DNA of 64,000 nucleotides from Candidatus Rokuibacteriota bacterium (GTDB taxonomy: Bacteria; Methylomirabilota; Methylomirabilia; Rokubacteriales; CSP1-6): positions 7,983 to 71,982 of the forward strand of contig JACPDG010000051.1 in assembly GCA_016184125.1 (NCBI GenBank), given 5' to 3'. Of this stretch, positions 27,424 to 37,060 are shown piece after piece (within the stretch, counting starts at the first letter, position 1; each line of letters starts with the position of its first letter). The notes beneath the pieces were generated by a model. That model did not search any database, had not been told where the DNA came from, and was given only the letters and a program-made list of their open reading frames with translations. Both the position numbers and the translations under genes were made by a program.

Positions 27424-29084
27424 CGGCCGCGCTCCGGGGCCGTCGAGCCCTGGCGGCGTGGGCCTTCGTCGCGCTCGGAGCCCGTAAGCGAATCGGGTGG
27501 CCGAGGAGCGCCACTTTGGCCGGTGCGTCCGCGCACCCCCCGGGGCGCTCCGAGCGCGGGGGGTTTGGGGGGCATCGATAGTCCCCCCTTGACCTCGCTC
27601 GGCCCGCCGGCATCGGTGTCCGGCGCCGCCGCACGCGGCCGGCGCGCGCTGCCGCCAGCGCCGGGCGCCGGTGACGGCGGAGCAGATGTGGCCCGGTTCG
27701 CTGCTGGTGCCGCGGCAGAGGTGCTGCCGCGCGGAGCTGCGCCGTTCGCGGCGCCTTCCCACTTCGCCAGGATCCTGAACTGCTCGCGGTCGCGGCCGCG
27801 CGTCACGGGCGAAGCGAACTCCGCGCGCTCGAGTCGCGGCGAGTTCTCGAGCAACGGGATCAGCGCGCTCGCGGTCGCGGCCTGGCCCGTCAGCTCGACG
27901 CCCTTGCCGTCGAGCGTGAGCAGGGTCAGCCACGCGTCGTTGGGTATCAGCTCGGTGAGCTCCCGGAGCATGGGCAGGGGGTGGACCGTGTTCGCCTCCA
28001 GTGACTGCATCGTCTCGAGCAGCTTCTTCCTGCGCTCGAGCTCGCCACGAATCCGCTCGACGGCGCGGACTTCGGGCTCGAGACGCGCGATGTCCGTGCT
28101 CAGGGCCTGGAGCCGCTGGCGGTCGCGGTAGCCCGGCAGGAGCAGCGCGGCGATCGCGAGCCCGGCCGCGAGCGCGCCGGTGCCCACCGTGATGACCTGC
28201 GGTCGCGTCAGACGCTTCGGCTTGAGCGCCGGGGGGATCAGGTCGAGCGTGCGAGAACGGCGACCGGCGGCGACGGCGAGGGCGAGCTCCAGCGCGCCGC
28301 GCGTGTCCTCCGGCAGGCGCGCCAGCAGCCGTCGCGCGCGCGGCGTCCACGGAGGCGCCGTGGTCGGCACGCCGAGACCTGCGAGCGTGGCGGTCGTCCC
28401 ACCAGCGGCAGGAGCGTCTCCGGAGCGCCAGACCGCGTCGCAGCCGCGCCAGCGAACGACGGCGAAGCTGCGCTTGATCTCGCTCGCGATCCCGGCCTCG
28501 TCGGCGGCCGGCACGTGCCGGCTGAGCACGAGCGTCTCGCCGTTGAGGAAGAGCAGGTCGGCGTCCGGGCCGACGCGGTGGACCCACACCACGCGGGACT
28601 TGCGTCGGGTCTGGACCTGCGCGACGAGATCGTGCACCGCCACGGTCACGGACACCGGCCGGAGGCCGGCCTCCTGGACGATGCGGAGCGCGGAATCGAC
28701 GACGCGGCGGTCACCGGCGGCCACCAGCACGCGGCGGGCCGAGACCTCCGTGCCGGCGCCCCGCTCGGCGGGCAGCGGGCCGAAGTCGAACGGGGCGTCC
28801 TCGGCCGGGAAAGGCAGATGACGCTCGAGCTCGAAGCGCACCATGTCGACGATCTCGCCCGCCACGTCCGGCAGCTCGATCGGCTTGACGACGACCGCGC
28901 CACGCGGCAGACCGACCGCGACGGCGCGCGGGCGGAGCTTGCGCGCATCGAGCTCCGCGCGGAGGGCGCTCGCCGGCTCCGCGGCGTCGACCACGAACGC
29001 GTCCACGCGGTTTCCGGCCAGCGCGGTGACGATCAGACGGTCACCGAGCGGGAGGACGGCGAGGCGAGTGCGGTGCAGGATCAC
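27420..29084 (-). CDS. gspL: T2SS GspL (PilM/PilN-like fusion)
   Basis: IELPDV...RFELERHLPF actin-like domain, TM, LRELTELIP...VELTGQA...FASPV; tail contains repeat copy B. Confidence 0.8.
   Translation of the reverse strand: MILHRTRLAVLPLGDRLIVTALAGNRVDAFVVDAAEPASALRAELDARKLRPRAVAVGLPRGAVVVKPIELPDVAGEIVDMVRFELERHLPFPAEDAPFDFGPLPAERGAGTEVSARRVLVAAGDRRVVDSALRIVQEAGLRPVSVTVAVHDLVAQVQTRRKSRVVWVHRVGPDADLLFLNGETLVLSRHVPAADEAGIASEIKRSFAVVRWRGCDAVWRSGDAPAAGGTTATLAGLGVPTTAPPWTPRARRLLARLPEDTRGALELALAVAAGRRSRTLDLIPPALKPKRLTRPQVITVGTGALAAGLAIAALLLPGYRDRQRLQALSTDIARLEPEVRAVERIRGELERRKKLLETMQSLEANTVHPLPMLRELTELIPNDAWLTLLTLDGKGVELTGQAATASALIPLLENSPRLERAEFASPVTRGRDREQFRILAKWEGAANGAAPRGSTSAAAPAANRATSAPPSPAPGAGGSARRPRAAAPDTDAGGPSEVKGGLSMPPKPPALGAPRGVRGRTGQSGAPRPPDSLTGSERDEGPRRQGSTAPERGR
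27474..27590 (-). repeat. G6/C6-hairpin repeat family 1, copy B (inside gspL CDS)
   Basis: GGGGGGACTATCGATGCCCCCCAAACCCCCCGCGCTCGGAG...GATTCGCTTACGG on minus strand. Confidence 0.88.
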
Positions 29085-29090
29085 CACGTA

Positions 29091-29119
29091 AGAGTAAGCC
29101 GGGGCCGGTGATGTCGCAA
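29091..29119 (-). promoter_or_regulatory. Internal sigma-70 promoter for gspL-M-C-D
   Basis: TTGCGA-N17-TACTCT, 6 nt before GTG 29084. Confidence 0.55.
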
Positions 29120-29137
29120 AGGGTTCCCCGCGCCGTC

Positions 29138-29183
29138 AGTTCGAGCGACAATCGACCGCCGCGGGTCGATGGTCGCTCGAGCT
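29138..29183. repeat. Palindromic REP-like element, family 2, copy 2
   Basis: AGTTCGAGCGACAATCGACCGCCGCGGGTCGATGGTCGCTCGAGCT; homologous to 1319-1366. Confidence 0.78.
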
Positions 29184-29184
29184 C

Positions 29185-30288
29185 TCAGCGCGCGCCGGAC
29201 CACTCGAGGAAGGCGACGGACGCGCCGCCGGGCGCGTCCCGTCGTTGCACGACCGCGGTGATCCTGGCGCCGACCCGTCCGTCGACTTGACCCTCCGCCT
29301 CGATGCGGAACGTCTGGGTGATGACACCGACCCCGCGCGCGCCGAACTGCCCGGGGACGCCGGCGTAGGGCCCCTCGCAGCGGGCCTGGAGGACGAGGTT
29401 GGTCTCGGCGTCGGCGAGGCCATACGCCTGGAGCACCTCACGCCGGGCCGTGTTGAGGTTCGCCCGGCCTCCCGACTTGACCGCGACGAGCGGCGCCAGC
29501 TTCTCGAAGATCTCGGGCGTCACCCCCTTGATCTGGCGGAGCTCCTCGATGGAGTCGAGGTTGCCGTTCTTCGACCGGTACGGGACCTCTCGCTCGAGGT
29601 ACGTGTCCTCGCTCTCCGCGCCGTTGAGGCGATACTCCTCGTTGGGATCCCGCCAGTCCTGGATCGACGCGACGATCGTGTCGCGCTCGCTCTTGTCGAT
29701 CTCGAGCTGCTGCAGGAGGCGGTCGAGGCGGTCGGGCCGCGTGGTGTTCAGGTTCAGGCGTGACTCCTCGTCGGTGATGACGTACGAGAACGTCCCCCCG
29801 GCGAGCGGCACGTCCTGCCGCGGCAGCCTGGGGATCTCCGTGCGATCCGCCCGGTAGAACGTGAGCGGGCCGTCGTTGCACGAGGCGGCGAACCGGACGT
29901 CGCCGACGATCTCGCGCACGGCCTGCTCGACCGCCGCCTCGGCCAGGTGCGCGCCGATCACCGCCTCCTTGTACGCGCGGACGGCCGACGCTTCCAGGCG
30001 CATCGAGAACGCGAACTCGGCGCCGACGACGCCGAGCAGCGCCATGACGAGGAGCACCGCGACGAGCGCGAACCCGCGCTCGCGCGCCGGGTCCCGCGGA
30101 CGACTCTCGGAGCCGGTGAACGAATCCGGAACCCGAGGGGCGGCCCGGGTTCCCCGGGTGCGTCCTCGCACCCCCCGGGCCGCCTCCGAGCGCGGGGCCG
30201 GGGGAGTACGAGGGGGGCGTGAGCCCCCTTCGTACGAATGTCGGGGGCTTCGATAGTCCCCCCATGAAAGTAGTCCCCCCGTGATCAT
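29185..30288 (-). CDS. gspK: T2SS minor pseudopilin K; leader extended by repeat copy C
   Basis: RG/FALVAVLL (no E5, typical of GspK), DEESRLNLN, DWRDPNE, SIEELRQIKGV; ATGA overlap with gspJ stop. Confidence 0.88.
   Translation of the reverse strand: MITGGLLSWGDYRSPRHSYEGGSRPPRTPPAPRSEAARGVRGRTRGTRAAPRVPDSFTGSESRPRDPARERGFALVAVLLVMALLGVVGAEFAFSMRLEASAVRAYKEAVIGAHLAEAAVEQAVREIVGDVRFAASCNDGPLTFYRADRTEIPRLPRQDVPLAGGTFSYVITDEESRLNLNTTRPDRLDRLLQQLEIDKSERDTIVASIQDWRDPNEEYRLNGAESEDTYLEREVPYRSKNGNLDSIEELRQIKGVTPEIFEKLAPLVAVKSGGRANLNTARREVLQAYGLADAETNLVLQARCEGPYAGVPGQFGARGVGVITQTFRIEAEGQVDGRVGARITAVVQRRDAPGGASVAFLEWSGAR
30110..30281 (-). repeat. G6/C6-hairpin repeat family 1, copy C (long subtype, duplicated head)
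   Basis: GGGGGGACTACTTTCATGGGGGGACTATCGAAGCCCCCGACATTCGTAC...GGATTCGTTCACCGG. Confidence 0.88.
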
Positions 30289-30899
30289 TGCAGCCCCGTC
30301 ACTTTCAGCGACACGGTGATCGGCGCCAGCGTCTCCGTGCGCCCACCGATCTCGGTTCCGAGCGTCACGCGGAGCGCGCGCGGCATCTCCTTCTCGTTCT
30401 CCACGTCCCACTCGTCGCGCCAGCTTCCGGATTCGTCGAGGTAGGCGATGGCCAGCGACGTGACCGACGGATCCCGCAGGACGACCGTGGCGTCGGTGAA
30501 CGGGTTGCGGTTGGGCAGCGCCCGCTGTCGGATGACGAGCCCGCGCTGCTCGCCCTCGTCGAGCTCCACGACCATCGCGGTGAACGCGATCGGGACGGAC
30601 GCCGCGAAGGGCGGTGACTGGGTCACCAGCTCCACGCGGCCAACCTCGCCCCCGAACAGGATTTCCAGCTCCGGCGCCTCGCCGCGCGTGCCCGCGTACG
30701 GATAGGCGCCGCCGAGCGCCCGCGCGAGCGCGAGCGCGACGCCGCGCGCGTGCTGGTGTACCTCCGCGCGCTCCTCGCCCTGCCGCCACGCGGCGAGCGC
30801 GACCCGCAGGCCGCCGAACGCCACGGCCAGCAGCGCGGCCACGATCGCGAGCGCGATGATGAGCTCCAGGAGCGTGAATCCTCGCTCGCCGGGCTTCAC
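30285..30899 (-). CDS. gspJ: T2SS minor pseudopilin J
   Basis: RG/FTLLELIIAL prepilin motif; GTGA overlap with gspI. Confidence 0.82.
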   Translation of the reverse strand: MKPGERGFTLLELIIALAIVAALLAVAFGGLRVALAAWRQGEERAEVHQHARGVALALARALGGAYPYAGTRGEAPELEILFGGEVGRVELVTQSPPFAASVPIAFTAMVVELDEGEQRGLVIRQRALPNRNPFTDATVVLRDPSVTSLAIAYLDESGSWRDEWDVENEKEMPRALRVTLGTEIGGRTETLAPITVSLKVTGLQ

Positions 30900-31441
30900 C
30901 GCGTGCGCTCCCGGGATCGTGGCGTCGACAGGGATCGCGGGGAGGTCGGTGGCGCTGCCGGGCCGACGGACGGCCGCGACGGCGCCCCGCGCCGACCGGT
31001 CGACGTCTGCGGCGTGGTCGAGCCGGCATCGGTCGTGCCGGTCTCGGTCGTCTCGTCCGGCGTGGACGACACCGTGCGCAGGGTCGCGATCTCCACCTGC
31101 CGCCGCTCGGCCCACCGGACGCGAACCGCGATCTGCCAGACCTTCCACGGCGACTCGGCCGCGCCGTCGGTGACGAGCTCCGGCGTCTCGACCGCCGTGG
31201 TCACACGCTCCCAGGTGAAGCCGGCATCGCGATCCTCTTCCTCCTCGCGGCCCTCCTTCGGCACGACGACCTCCCGGAGCTTCTGGTCGGCAAAGAGCGT
31301 CGCGCGCTGGTGCTCGCCGGAGAGCTTCAGCAGCCGCAGCCCCTGCGCGAAGCCCTGGATGGACGCCACGACGGCCACCGAGAGGATCGAGAGCGCCACG
31401 ATGACCTCGATCAGGGTGAACCCGCGCTGGGAGCCCGTCAT
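30896..31441 (-). CDS. gspI: T2SS minor pseudopilin I
   Basis: RG/FTLIEVIVAL; order H-I-J-K. Confidence 0.82.
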   Translation of the reverse strand: MTGSQRGFTLIEVIVALSILSVAVVASIQGFAQGLRLLKLSGEHQRATLFADQKLREVVVPKEGREEEEDRDAGFTWERVTTAVETPELVTDGAAESPWKVWQIAVRVRWAERRQVEIATLRTVSSTPDETTETGTTDAGSTTPQTSTGRRGAPSRPSVGPAAPPTSPRSLSTPRSRERTR

Positions 31442-31893
31442 TCGCGCACGCTCCTCACCCGGCCGGTGAGCGCGTCGACCGTGATCCGGTACGTGATCGT
31501 GCCGGCGACGATGCGGTACTCGCCGCCGGTCGAGCTGCCCTGCGGGGCGAACCGGAGCGCGAGCTGCGGCGGCTCGGTCTCCACCGCCCAGGTCGCGGGC
31601 AGCACGCGCGTCCGGCGAACCTCCTCGCCGGCGACGACGCGCAGCTGGCGGTCGTCGAGCACCACGGCGTGGGGTTGCCGCAGCGCGATCGCCTGCTCCC
31701 GGGCATGGCGGAGCATCGCCGCGAAGCCGGCGACCTCGGCCCGCAGGCGGATCGAGTCGACGCTTCTCCCGATCGCCGGGGCGACGATGCTCGCGCCGAG
31801 GGCGAGCACCATGAGGACGACGAGCAGTTCGAGGAGGGTGAAGCCGCGCTCGGCTGCGCGGGGAGCGGGCGTTACTGCTGCGCCTGTTCCCAT
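31438..31893 (-). CDS. gspH: T2SS minor pseudopilin H
   Basis: RG/FTLLELLVVL, FAPQGSSTGG. Confidence 0.85.
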   Translation of the reverse strand: MGTGAAVTPAPRAAERGFTLLELLVVLMVLALGASIVAPAIGRSVDSIRLRAEVAGFAAMLRHAREQAIALRQPHAVVLDDRQLRVVAGEEVRRTRVLPATWAVETEPPQLALRFAPQGSSTGGEYRIVAGTITYRITVDALTGRVRSVRE

Positions 31894-32315
31894 GACGTGA
31901 TGTCGGCGTTCTCGCCTTCACCGCCGGGAGTCCCGTCAGCGCCCTCCGACCACAGATCGTAATCGCCGTTCTGCCCGGGGCAGCAGCGGTACTTGTACGC
32001 GTTGCCCCACGGGTCCCTCGGCACGCCCTTCTTCAGATAGGGGCCGGCCCACCTCGTGCTCGAGCCGGGGTTGCGCACGAGCCCTTCGAGGCCTTCGCTC
32101 GTGGAGGGATAGGTCCCGAGGTCGAGGCGGTACTGGTCCAGCGCCGCGCCGAACAGCTCGATCTGCGCGCGGGCCGTCGCGATCCTGGACTGCCCGACGC
32201 GCCCGAAGAGGCGGGGGCCCACGAGCCCGACGAGGAGACCGAGGACGATGATGACGACGAGCAGCTCGATGAGGGTGAAGCCGCGGTCGTCACGCAGGGC
32301 ACGACGCGTGCGCAT
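31872..32315 (-). CDS. gspG: T2SS major pseudopilin G
   Basis: RG/FTLIELLVV, ALDQYRLDLGTYPS, WAGPYL, DPWGNAY, GADGTPGGEGENADI. Confidence 0.95.
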   Translation of the reverse strand: MRTRRALRDDRGFTLIELLVVIIVLGLLVGLVGPRLFGRVGQSRIATARAQIELFGAALDQYRLDLGTYPSTSEGLEGLVRNPGSSTRWAGPYLKKGVPRDPWGNAYKYRCCPGQNGDYDLWSEGADGTPGGEGENADITSWEQAQQ

Positions 32316-33526
32316 CAGAGCGGGATCTCGTTGATCGAGAAGATGGCCATGAGCATGGCGACGACGATGAAGGCGACGAGGACACCCATGAGCAGGATGA
32401 TCGACGGCTCGAGCAGCCCGATCACGCGGCGCAGCTCCACGCGCACGTCGGTCTCGAACGTGTCGGCGACCTTGAGCAGCATCTCCTCGAGCCGCCCCGT
32501 CTCTTCACCCACCCGCACCATGTGGATGGCGAGCGGAGGGAAGCGCGTGTGCTCGGAGAGCGCCGACGCGATCGTCGAGCCGCGCTTGACCGCGTCCGCG
32601 ACGCGGCTGACCCAGCGGCCGACGATCTGGTTCGTCATCATGTCGCCGACGACGGCCATCGCGCCCAGGACCGGCACGCCGCTCTTCAGCATCGTGCCGA
32701 GCGTGCGCGCGAACCGTGCGGTCTCGATCTTCGCCGTGAGACGGCCGACGATCGGCAGCCCGAGCAGCGTCTGGTCCCACTGGAGCCGGCCTTCGGGCGT
32801 GCCGGTCCACACCCGCCACGCGAGGATCGCCGCCAGCACGGCGCCGATCATCGCCCACCAGTAGCCCTGCACGGCGGCCGAGACGGAGAGCAGGACCTGC
32901 GTCGGCATCGGGATCGTCTGCCCGAGGTCGGAGAAGATCGTCGCGAAGCGTGGAATGACGAACGTCAGGAGGAACACGATGGCGCCGGCGCCGACCGCGG
33001 TGATCACGAGCGGGTAGGCGAGCGCCGAGACGATCGCCTCGCGGAACGCCGCGCGCGCTTCGAGGAACTCGGCGAGGCGTCTGAGACTGACCTCCAGCAC
33101 GCCGCCCTTCTCGCCGGCGCGGACCATGTTGATGTAGAGCCGGGAAAACGGCCGCGGATGGTGCTTGGCGAGCGCGTCGGACAGGGACGATCCCCCCCGC
33201 ACGCTGCGCAGCAGGTCGGCGACCAGGGCCTTCATGCGCGGGTTCGGCGCGAGCTCCTCCAGGATGCCGAGGGCGCGGTCGAGCGGCAGCCCCGCCTCGA
33301 ACAGCGTCGCGAGCTGCTGGGTCAGCGGCAGCAGATCACCCTGGCCGATGCGACCGGAGGGCGCGAGCGAGAACCACGCGGCGCGCTCGGCGTGGGGCAC
33401 GACGCGGATCGGGTAGTACGCCTCCTTGTGCAGACGTTCCACGACCGCGCGCTCGTCCGTCGCTTCCATGACGCCGTCCACGGTCTGTCCGCGGCGGTCG
33501 GCGGCCTTGTAGATGAAGACGGGCAT
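32315..33526 (-). CDS. gspF: T2SS inner membrane platform protein
   Basis: QLATLFEAGLPL, NMVRAGEKGG, VGEETGRL, LLEP. Confidence 0.95.
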   Translation of the reverse strand: MPVFIYKAADRRGQTVDGVMEATDERAVVERLHKEAYYPIRVVPHAERAAWFSLAPSGRIGQGDLLPLTQQLATLFEAGLPLDRALGILEELAPNPRMKALVADLLRSVRGGSSLSDALAKHHPRPFSRLYINMVRAGEKGGVLEVSLRRLAEFLEARAAFREAIVSALAYPLVITAVGAGAIVFLLTFVIPRFATIFSDLGQTIPMPTQVLLSVSAAVQGYWWAMIGAVLAAILAWRVWTGTPEGRLQWDQTLLGLPIVGRLTAKIETARFARTLGTMLKSGVPVLGAMAVVGDMMTNQIVGRWVSRVADAVKRGSTIASALSEHTRFPPLAIHMVRVGEETGRLEEMLLKVADTFETDVRVELRRVIGLLEPSIILLMGVLVAFIVVAMLMAIFSINEIPL

Positions 33527-33561
33527 CGGCGCGCGTCACCGTCCCGGGCCGGACGGCGGCC

Positions 33562-35256
33562 TCAGGCGTCCTCCTGGGTGACGCGGAGCACTTCCTCGAT
33601 CGTGGTCACGCCCTCGCGCGCCTTCAGCCAGCCGTCCATGCGCAGGGTCGTCATGCCGTTGTCGATCGCCCAGCGCCGGATCTCGCGTGACGATGCGCGA
33701 CGCAGCACGAGGCTCCTGACGTCCTCGCCGATCACGAACATCTCGTAGATGCCCGTGCGCCCCCGGTAGCCCGTGCTGCGACACTCGTCGCAGCCCTTGC
33801 CGCGCCAGAGGGGCGTCGCGGGGTCGACGTCGAGGCCGAGCGCTTCGAGATCGGCCGGCTCCGGCGTCTCGCGCACGCGGCACGCGGCGCAGATGCGCCT
33901 GACCAGGCGTTGCGCGAGCACCCCCTCGAGGACGGATGCGACCAGGTACGGCTCGACGCCCATGTCCTGGAGCCGGGTGATCGCGGCCGGCGCGTCGTTG
34001 GTGTGCAGGGTGGAGAAGACGAGGTGGCCGGTGAGCGCCGCCTGGATGGAGATCTCGGCCGTCTCGAGGTCCCGGATCTCGCCGACGAGGATCACGTCGG
34101 GGTCCTGGCGGACGATGTGGCGGAGCCCGTTCGCGAACGTGAGGCCGATCTTGGGCTTCACCGCGATCTGGTTGACGCCCTTGAGCTGGTACTCGACCGG
34201 GTCCTCGACGGTGAGGATCTTCCGATCGGCCGAGTTGATCTTGTCGAGCGCGCCGTAGAGCGTCGTCGTCTTGCCCGATCCCGTCGGGCCCGTGACGAGG
34301 ACGATCCCGTGCGGGCGCTTGATGAGCGACTCGAACTTCCGCAGCGTCTCCGGCGGGAAGCCCAGGCGCTCGAGCGGCAGGAAGACGCTCGAGCGGTCCA
34401 GGAGCCGCATCACGATGGACTCGCCGTGAACCGTCGGGACGGTGGAGACGCGGATGTCGACGCGGCGGCCCTGGACGGTGACGCGAATGCGTCCGTCCTG
34501 CGGCAGGCGCCGCTCGGCGATGTTCATCTCCGCCATGATCTTGATGCGGGACGTGACCGCCGCCTGGAGCCGGCGGGGCGGCGACTCCTGGTCGTAGAGC
34601 AGGCCGTCGATCCGGTAGCGGATGCGGAGCGTGTCCTCGAACGGCTCGATGTGGATGTCCGAGGATTCCGCGGCGATCGCGCTCTCGATGAGCAGATTGA
34701 CCAGGCGCACGACGGGCGCCTCGAAGGCCATGTCGCGCAGGTGCCCGACGTCCTCGTCGTCGTCCGCGCCCGCCTCGTCCTCCATGCCCTCGACGATCCG
34801 CTGCAGCGCCGTCGACGTCCCGTCGTACGTCCGGTCGATCGCTTCCAGGATCGCGTCCGACGGGCTGACGACGACCCGCACGGCGAGACCCGTCGACTGC
34901 CGGAGATCGTCGACGACGATCGGGTTGAGCGGGTCCGCCGCCGCGATGGTGAGCACGCCGCCGTCGATGGAGACCGGGCAGACCGCGTACTGCCGCAGGT
35001 ACTTCGGCGAGACGTTCTTGACGATCGGCAGCGGAGCGGGCAGCTCCTCGCGAGCGACGTAGGGGAGCTGCTGCTGCTTGGCGAGCGTGCGCAGGACGTC
35101 GTCCTGAGAGACGGCTCCGAGCGCCACGAGCGCTTCGCCGAGGCGTTCACCGGTCGTCTGGGTGCGCGCGAGGGCGAGGGCGATCGCATCAGGCGTCGCG
35201 AGGCCGTCCTCGACCAGAATTTCGCCGAGGAGTCGCGTAGATGCGGCGATCGACAT
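33562..35256 (-). CDS. gspE: T2SS ATPase
   Basis: [39 protein letters not shown], CxxC...CxxC zinc motif. Confidence 0.95.
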   Translation of the reverse strand: MSIAASTRLLGEILVEDGLATPDAIALALARTQTTGERLGEALVALGAVSQDDVLRTLAKQQQLPYVAREELPAPLPIVKNVSPKYLRQYAVCPVSIDGGVLTIAAADPLNPIVVDDLRQSTGLAVRVVVSPSDAILEAIDRTYDGTSTALQRIVEGMEDEAGADDDEDVGHLRDMAFEAPVVRLVNLLIESAIAAESSDIHIEPFEDTLRIRYRIDGLLYDQESPPRRLQAAVTSRIKIMAEMNIAERRLPQDGRIRVTVQGRRVDIRVSTVPTVHGESIVMRLLDRSSVFLPLERLGFPPETLRKFESLIKRPHGIVLVTGPTGSGKTTTLYGALDKINSADRKILTVEDPVEYQLKGVNQIAVKPKIGLTFANGLRHIVRQDPDVILVGEIRDLETAEISIQAALTGHLVFSTLHTNDAPAAITRLQDMGVEPYLVASVLEGVLAQRLVRRICAACRVRETPEPADLEALGLDVDPATPLWRGKGCDECRSTGYRGRTGIYEMFVIGEDVRSLVLRRASSREIRRWAIDNGMTTLRMDGWLKAREGVTTIEEVLRVTQEDA

Positions 35257-35474
35257 GCTTTGCTCCGTCCCAGCATGGTAGCACACCTGATGCTCGTCGC
35301 CGTCGCTGCCGGCACCGATCTCGCGGGCGCTGCAATCGTGACGAGCGCCCACAAGGCGGGACGAGCCCGCTTCGCTACTGCGTCGCCGCCGGCGCCGGCT
35401 TCATGCTCCTTCGGCAGGATCTCGTTGAGCCAGCGCATGCGGTTGACGTTCCCTCCGGATGCTATCCTGCGCGC

Positions 35475-35957
35475 ATGCCCGACCGTGCGCTCGTCCTGCA
35501 TGGCCCGAACCTGAACCTGCTCGGCACGCGCGAACCGGCCGTGTACGGGCGCCTCACGCTCGCGGACGTCGATCGGCTGATTCGCCAGCACGCGCGCGGC
35601 CGCAACGTCGGCGTGGAGTGCCGGCAGTCGAACCACGAGGGCCAGCTCGTGGACTGGCTGCAGGGGGCGCGGCGCGAGGGCTTCTTCGGCGTCGTGCTCA
35701 ACCCCGGGGCGCTCACGCACTACTCGATCGCCCTGCGCGACGCGGTCGCGGCGGTCGACGTCCCCGTCGTCGAGGTGCACCTGTCCAACATCCACGCCAG
35801 GGAGGACTTCCGCCGCCACTCGGTGATCGCCGCCGTCGCCCGCGGGCAGATCGCGGGCTTCGGCGCCGCGAGCTACCTGCTCGGGCTCGACGCGCTGGTC
35901 GCGCTGTCGCGCGAGCCGGCGCGCGCGCGGCCTGCCGCCCCGCGCCGGGGGCGATGA
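35475..35957 (+). CDS. aroQ: Type II 3-dehydroquinate dehydratase
   Basis: [43 protein letters not shown]. Confidence 0.97.
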   Translation: MPDRALVLHGPNLNLLGTREPAVYGRLTLADVDRLIRQHARGRNVGVECRQSNHEGQLVDWLQGARREGFFGVVLNPGALTHYSIALRDAVAAVDVPVVEVHLSNIHAREDFRRHSVIAAVARGQIAGFGAASYLLGLDALVALSREPARARPAAPRRGR

Positions 35958-36015
35958 ATCGGCCTCTCCATCCCGGCGTCTAACCGCGCGACGGGGTGAG
36001 CCGCTGAGCCGCCCC

Positions 36016-37038
36016 GTGGACCCCGACGACACGACCCTGGTCGAGCGCTGCCGCGCCGGCGACGTCTCGGCGTTCGAGCCGCTCGTCGAGAAGTACCGGC
36101 AGCGCGTCTGGCGCCTCGCGCTGCGATTCGTCCGTGACCAGGACGAGGCATGGGACGTCGCGCAGGAGGCGTTCGTGCGTGCGTGGCAGGCGTTGCCCAA
36201 CTTCAAGGGCCAGTCGGCGTTCTACACGTGGCTGTTCCGCATCGCCGTGAACGTCGCGTCCGACCGCCTGCGCCAGCGAGGGGCTCGCGCGCGAGCGTTC
36301 GGCGCGGAGCAGGTGTCCGACGAGGAGATGGCGCGAACGGTGAGCGACACGGCGGCTACGCCCGATGAGACCGCGACACGGGCGGAGCAGCGGGAGCGCA
36401 TCATGCGCGGCCTCCGCGCTTTGCCCGAGCACCACCGGACCATTATCATGTTGAGCGACCTCGATGGACTCTCGTACCGGGAGATCTCGGAGGTCCTCCA
36501 GATCCCGATGGGCACGGTCATGTCCCGCCTGCACAACGCGCGCAAGCGCCTGCGCGACGTGCTCGGTCCGATCCTGCTCGTCCTGCTCACGATCGTCGGC
36601 GTGCTCGCGCACGGCGGCGCGGAGGCCGAGCGCGTGGTGCGCTTCGGCGCGCGGGTCGTCCTGGCGGGCGACGGTCCGCCGCCGCCCGGGACACGGACGG
36701 TCCCACCGCCGACCGAGGAGCGCCTGGCTCGCGTGTTGCCGAAGCTCAGGCAGATCTTCCGGTACCGCGAGTACACGTGGCTCGACCGCTTCCGCGCCGA
36801 GGTGCCGATCGGCACGACGCAGCGATGGAGCGTGCCAGGAGGCCGCCAGCTCGAGGTCACGCCGCAGGGCGTCGCCGGCGACGCCGTCCGGATGCGCGTG
36901 CGGCTCATGCGCGGATCGCTGAACGAGCTGAGCACCGACATCCAGGCCGCGTCCGGGCAACCCGCCGTCATCGGCGGCCCCCGGCATGGCGACGGCGTCC
37001 TCATCATCATCGTCTGGGCGAACGCGAATCCGCGCTGA
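36016..37038 (+). CDS. ECF sigma factor fused to a TM/signal-like segment and an exported domain
   Basis: sigma2 DVAQEAF...FYTWLFRIAVN, sigma4 SYREISEVLQIPMGTVMSRLHNARKRL, then ILLVLLTIVGVLAHGGAEA and ~135 aa. Confidence 0.85.
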   Translation: MDPDDTTLVERCRAGDVSAFEPLVEKYRQRVWRLALRFVRDQDEAWDVAQEAFVRAWQALPNFKGQSAFYTWLFRIAVNVASDRLRQRGARARAFGAEQVSDEEMARTVSDTAATPDETATRAEQRERIMRGLRALPEHHRTIIMLSDLDGLSYREISEVLQIPMGTVMSRLHNARKRLRDVLGPILLVLLTIVGVLAHGGAEAERVVRFGARVVLAGDGPPPPGTRTVPPPTEERLARVLPKLRQIFRYREYTWLDRFRAEVPIGTTQRWSVPGGRQLEVTPQGVAGDAVRMRVRLMRGSLNELSTDIQAASGQPAVIGGPRHGDGVLIIIVWANANPR

Positions 37039-37060
37039 ACGAGGCGAGAGGAGAGCCATC

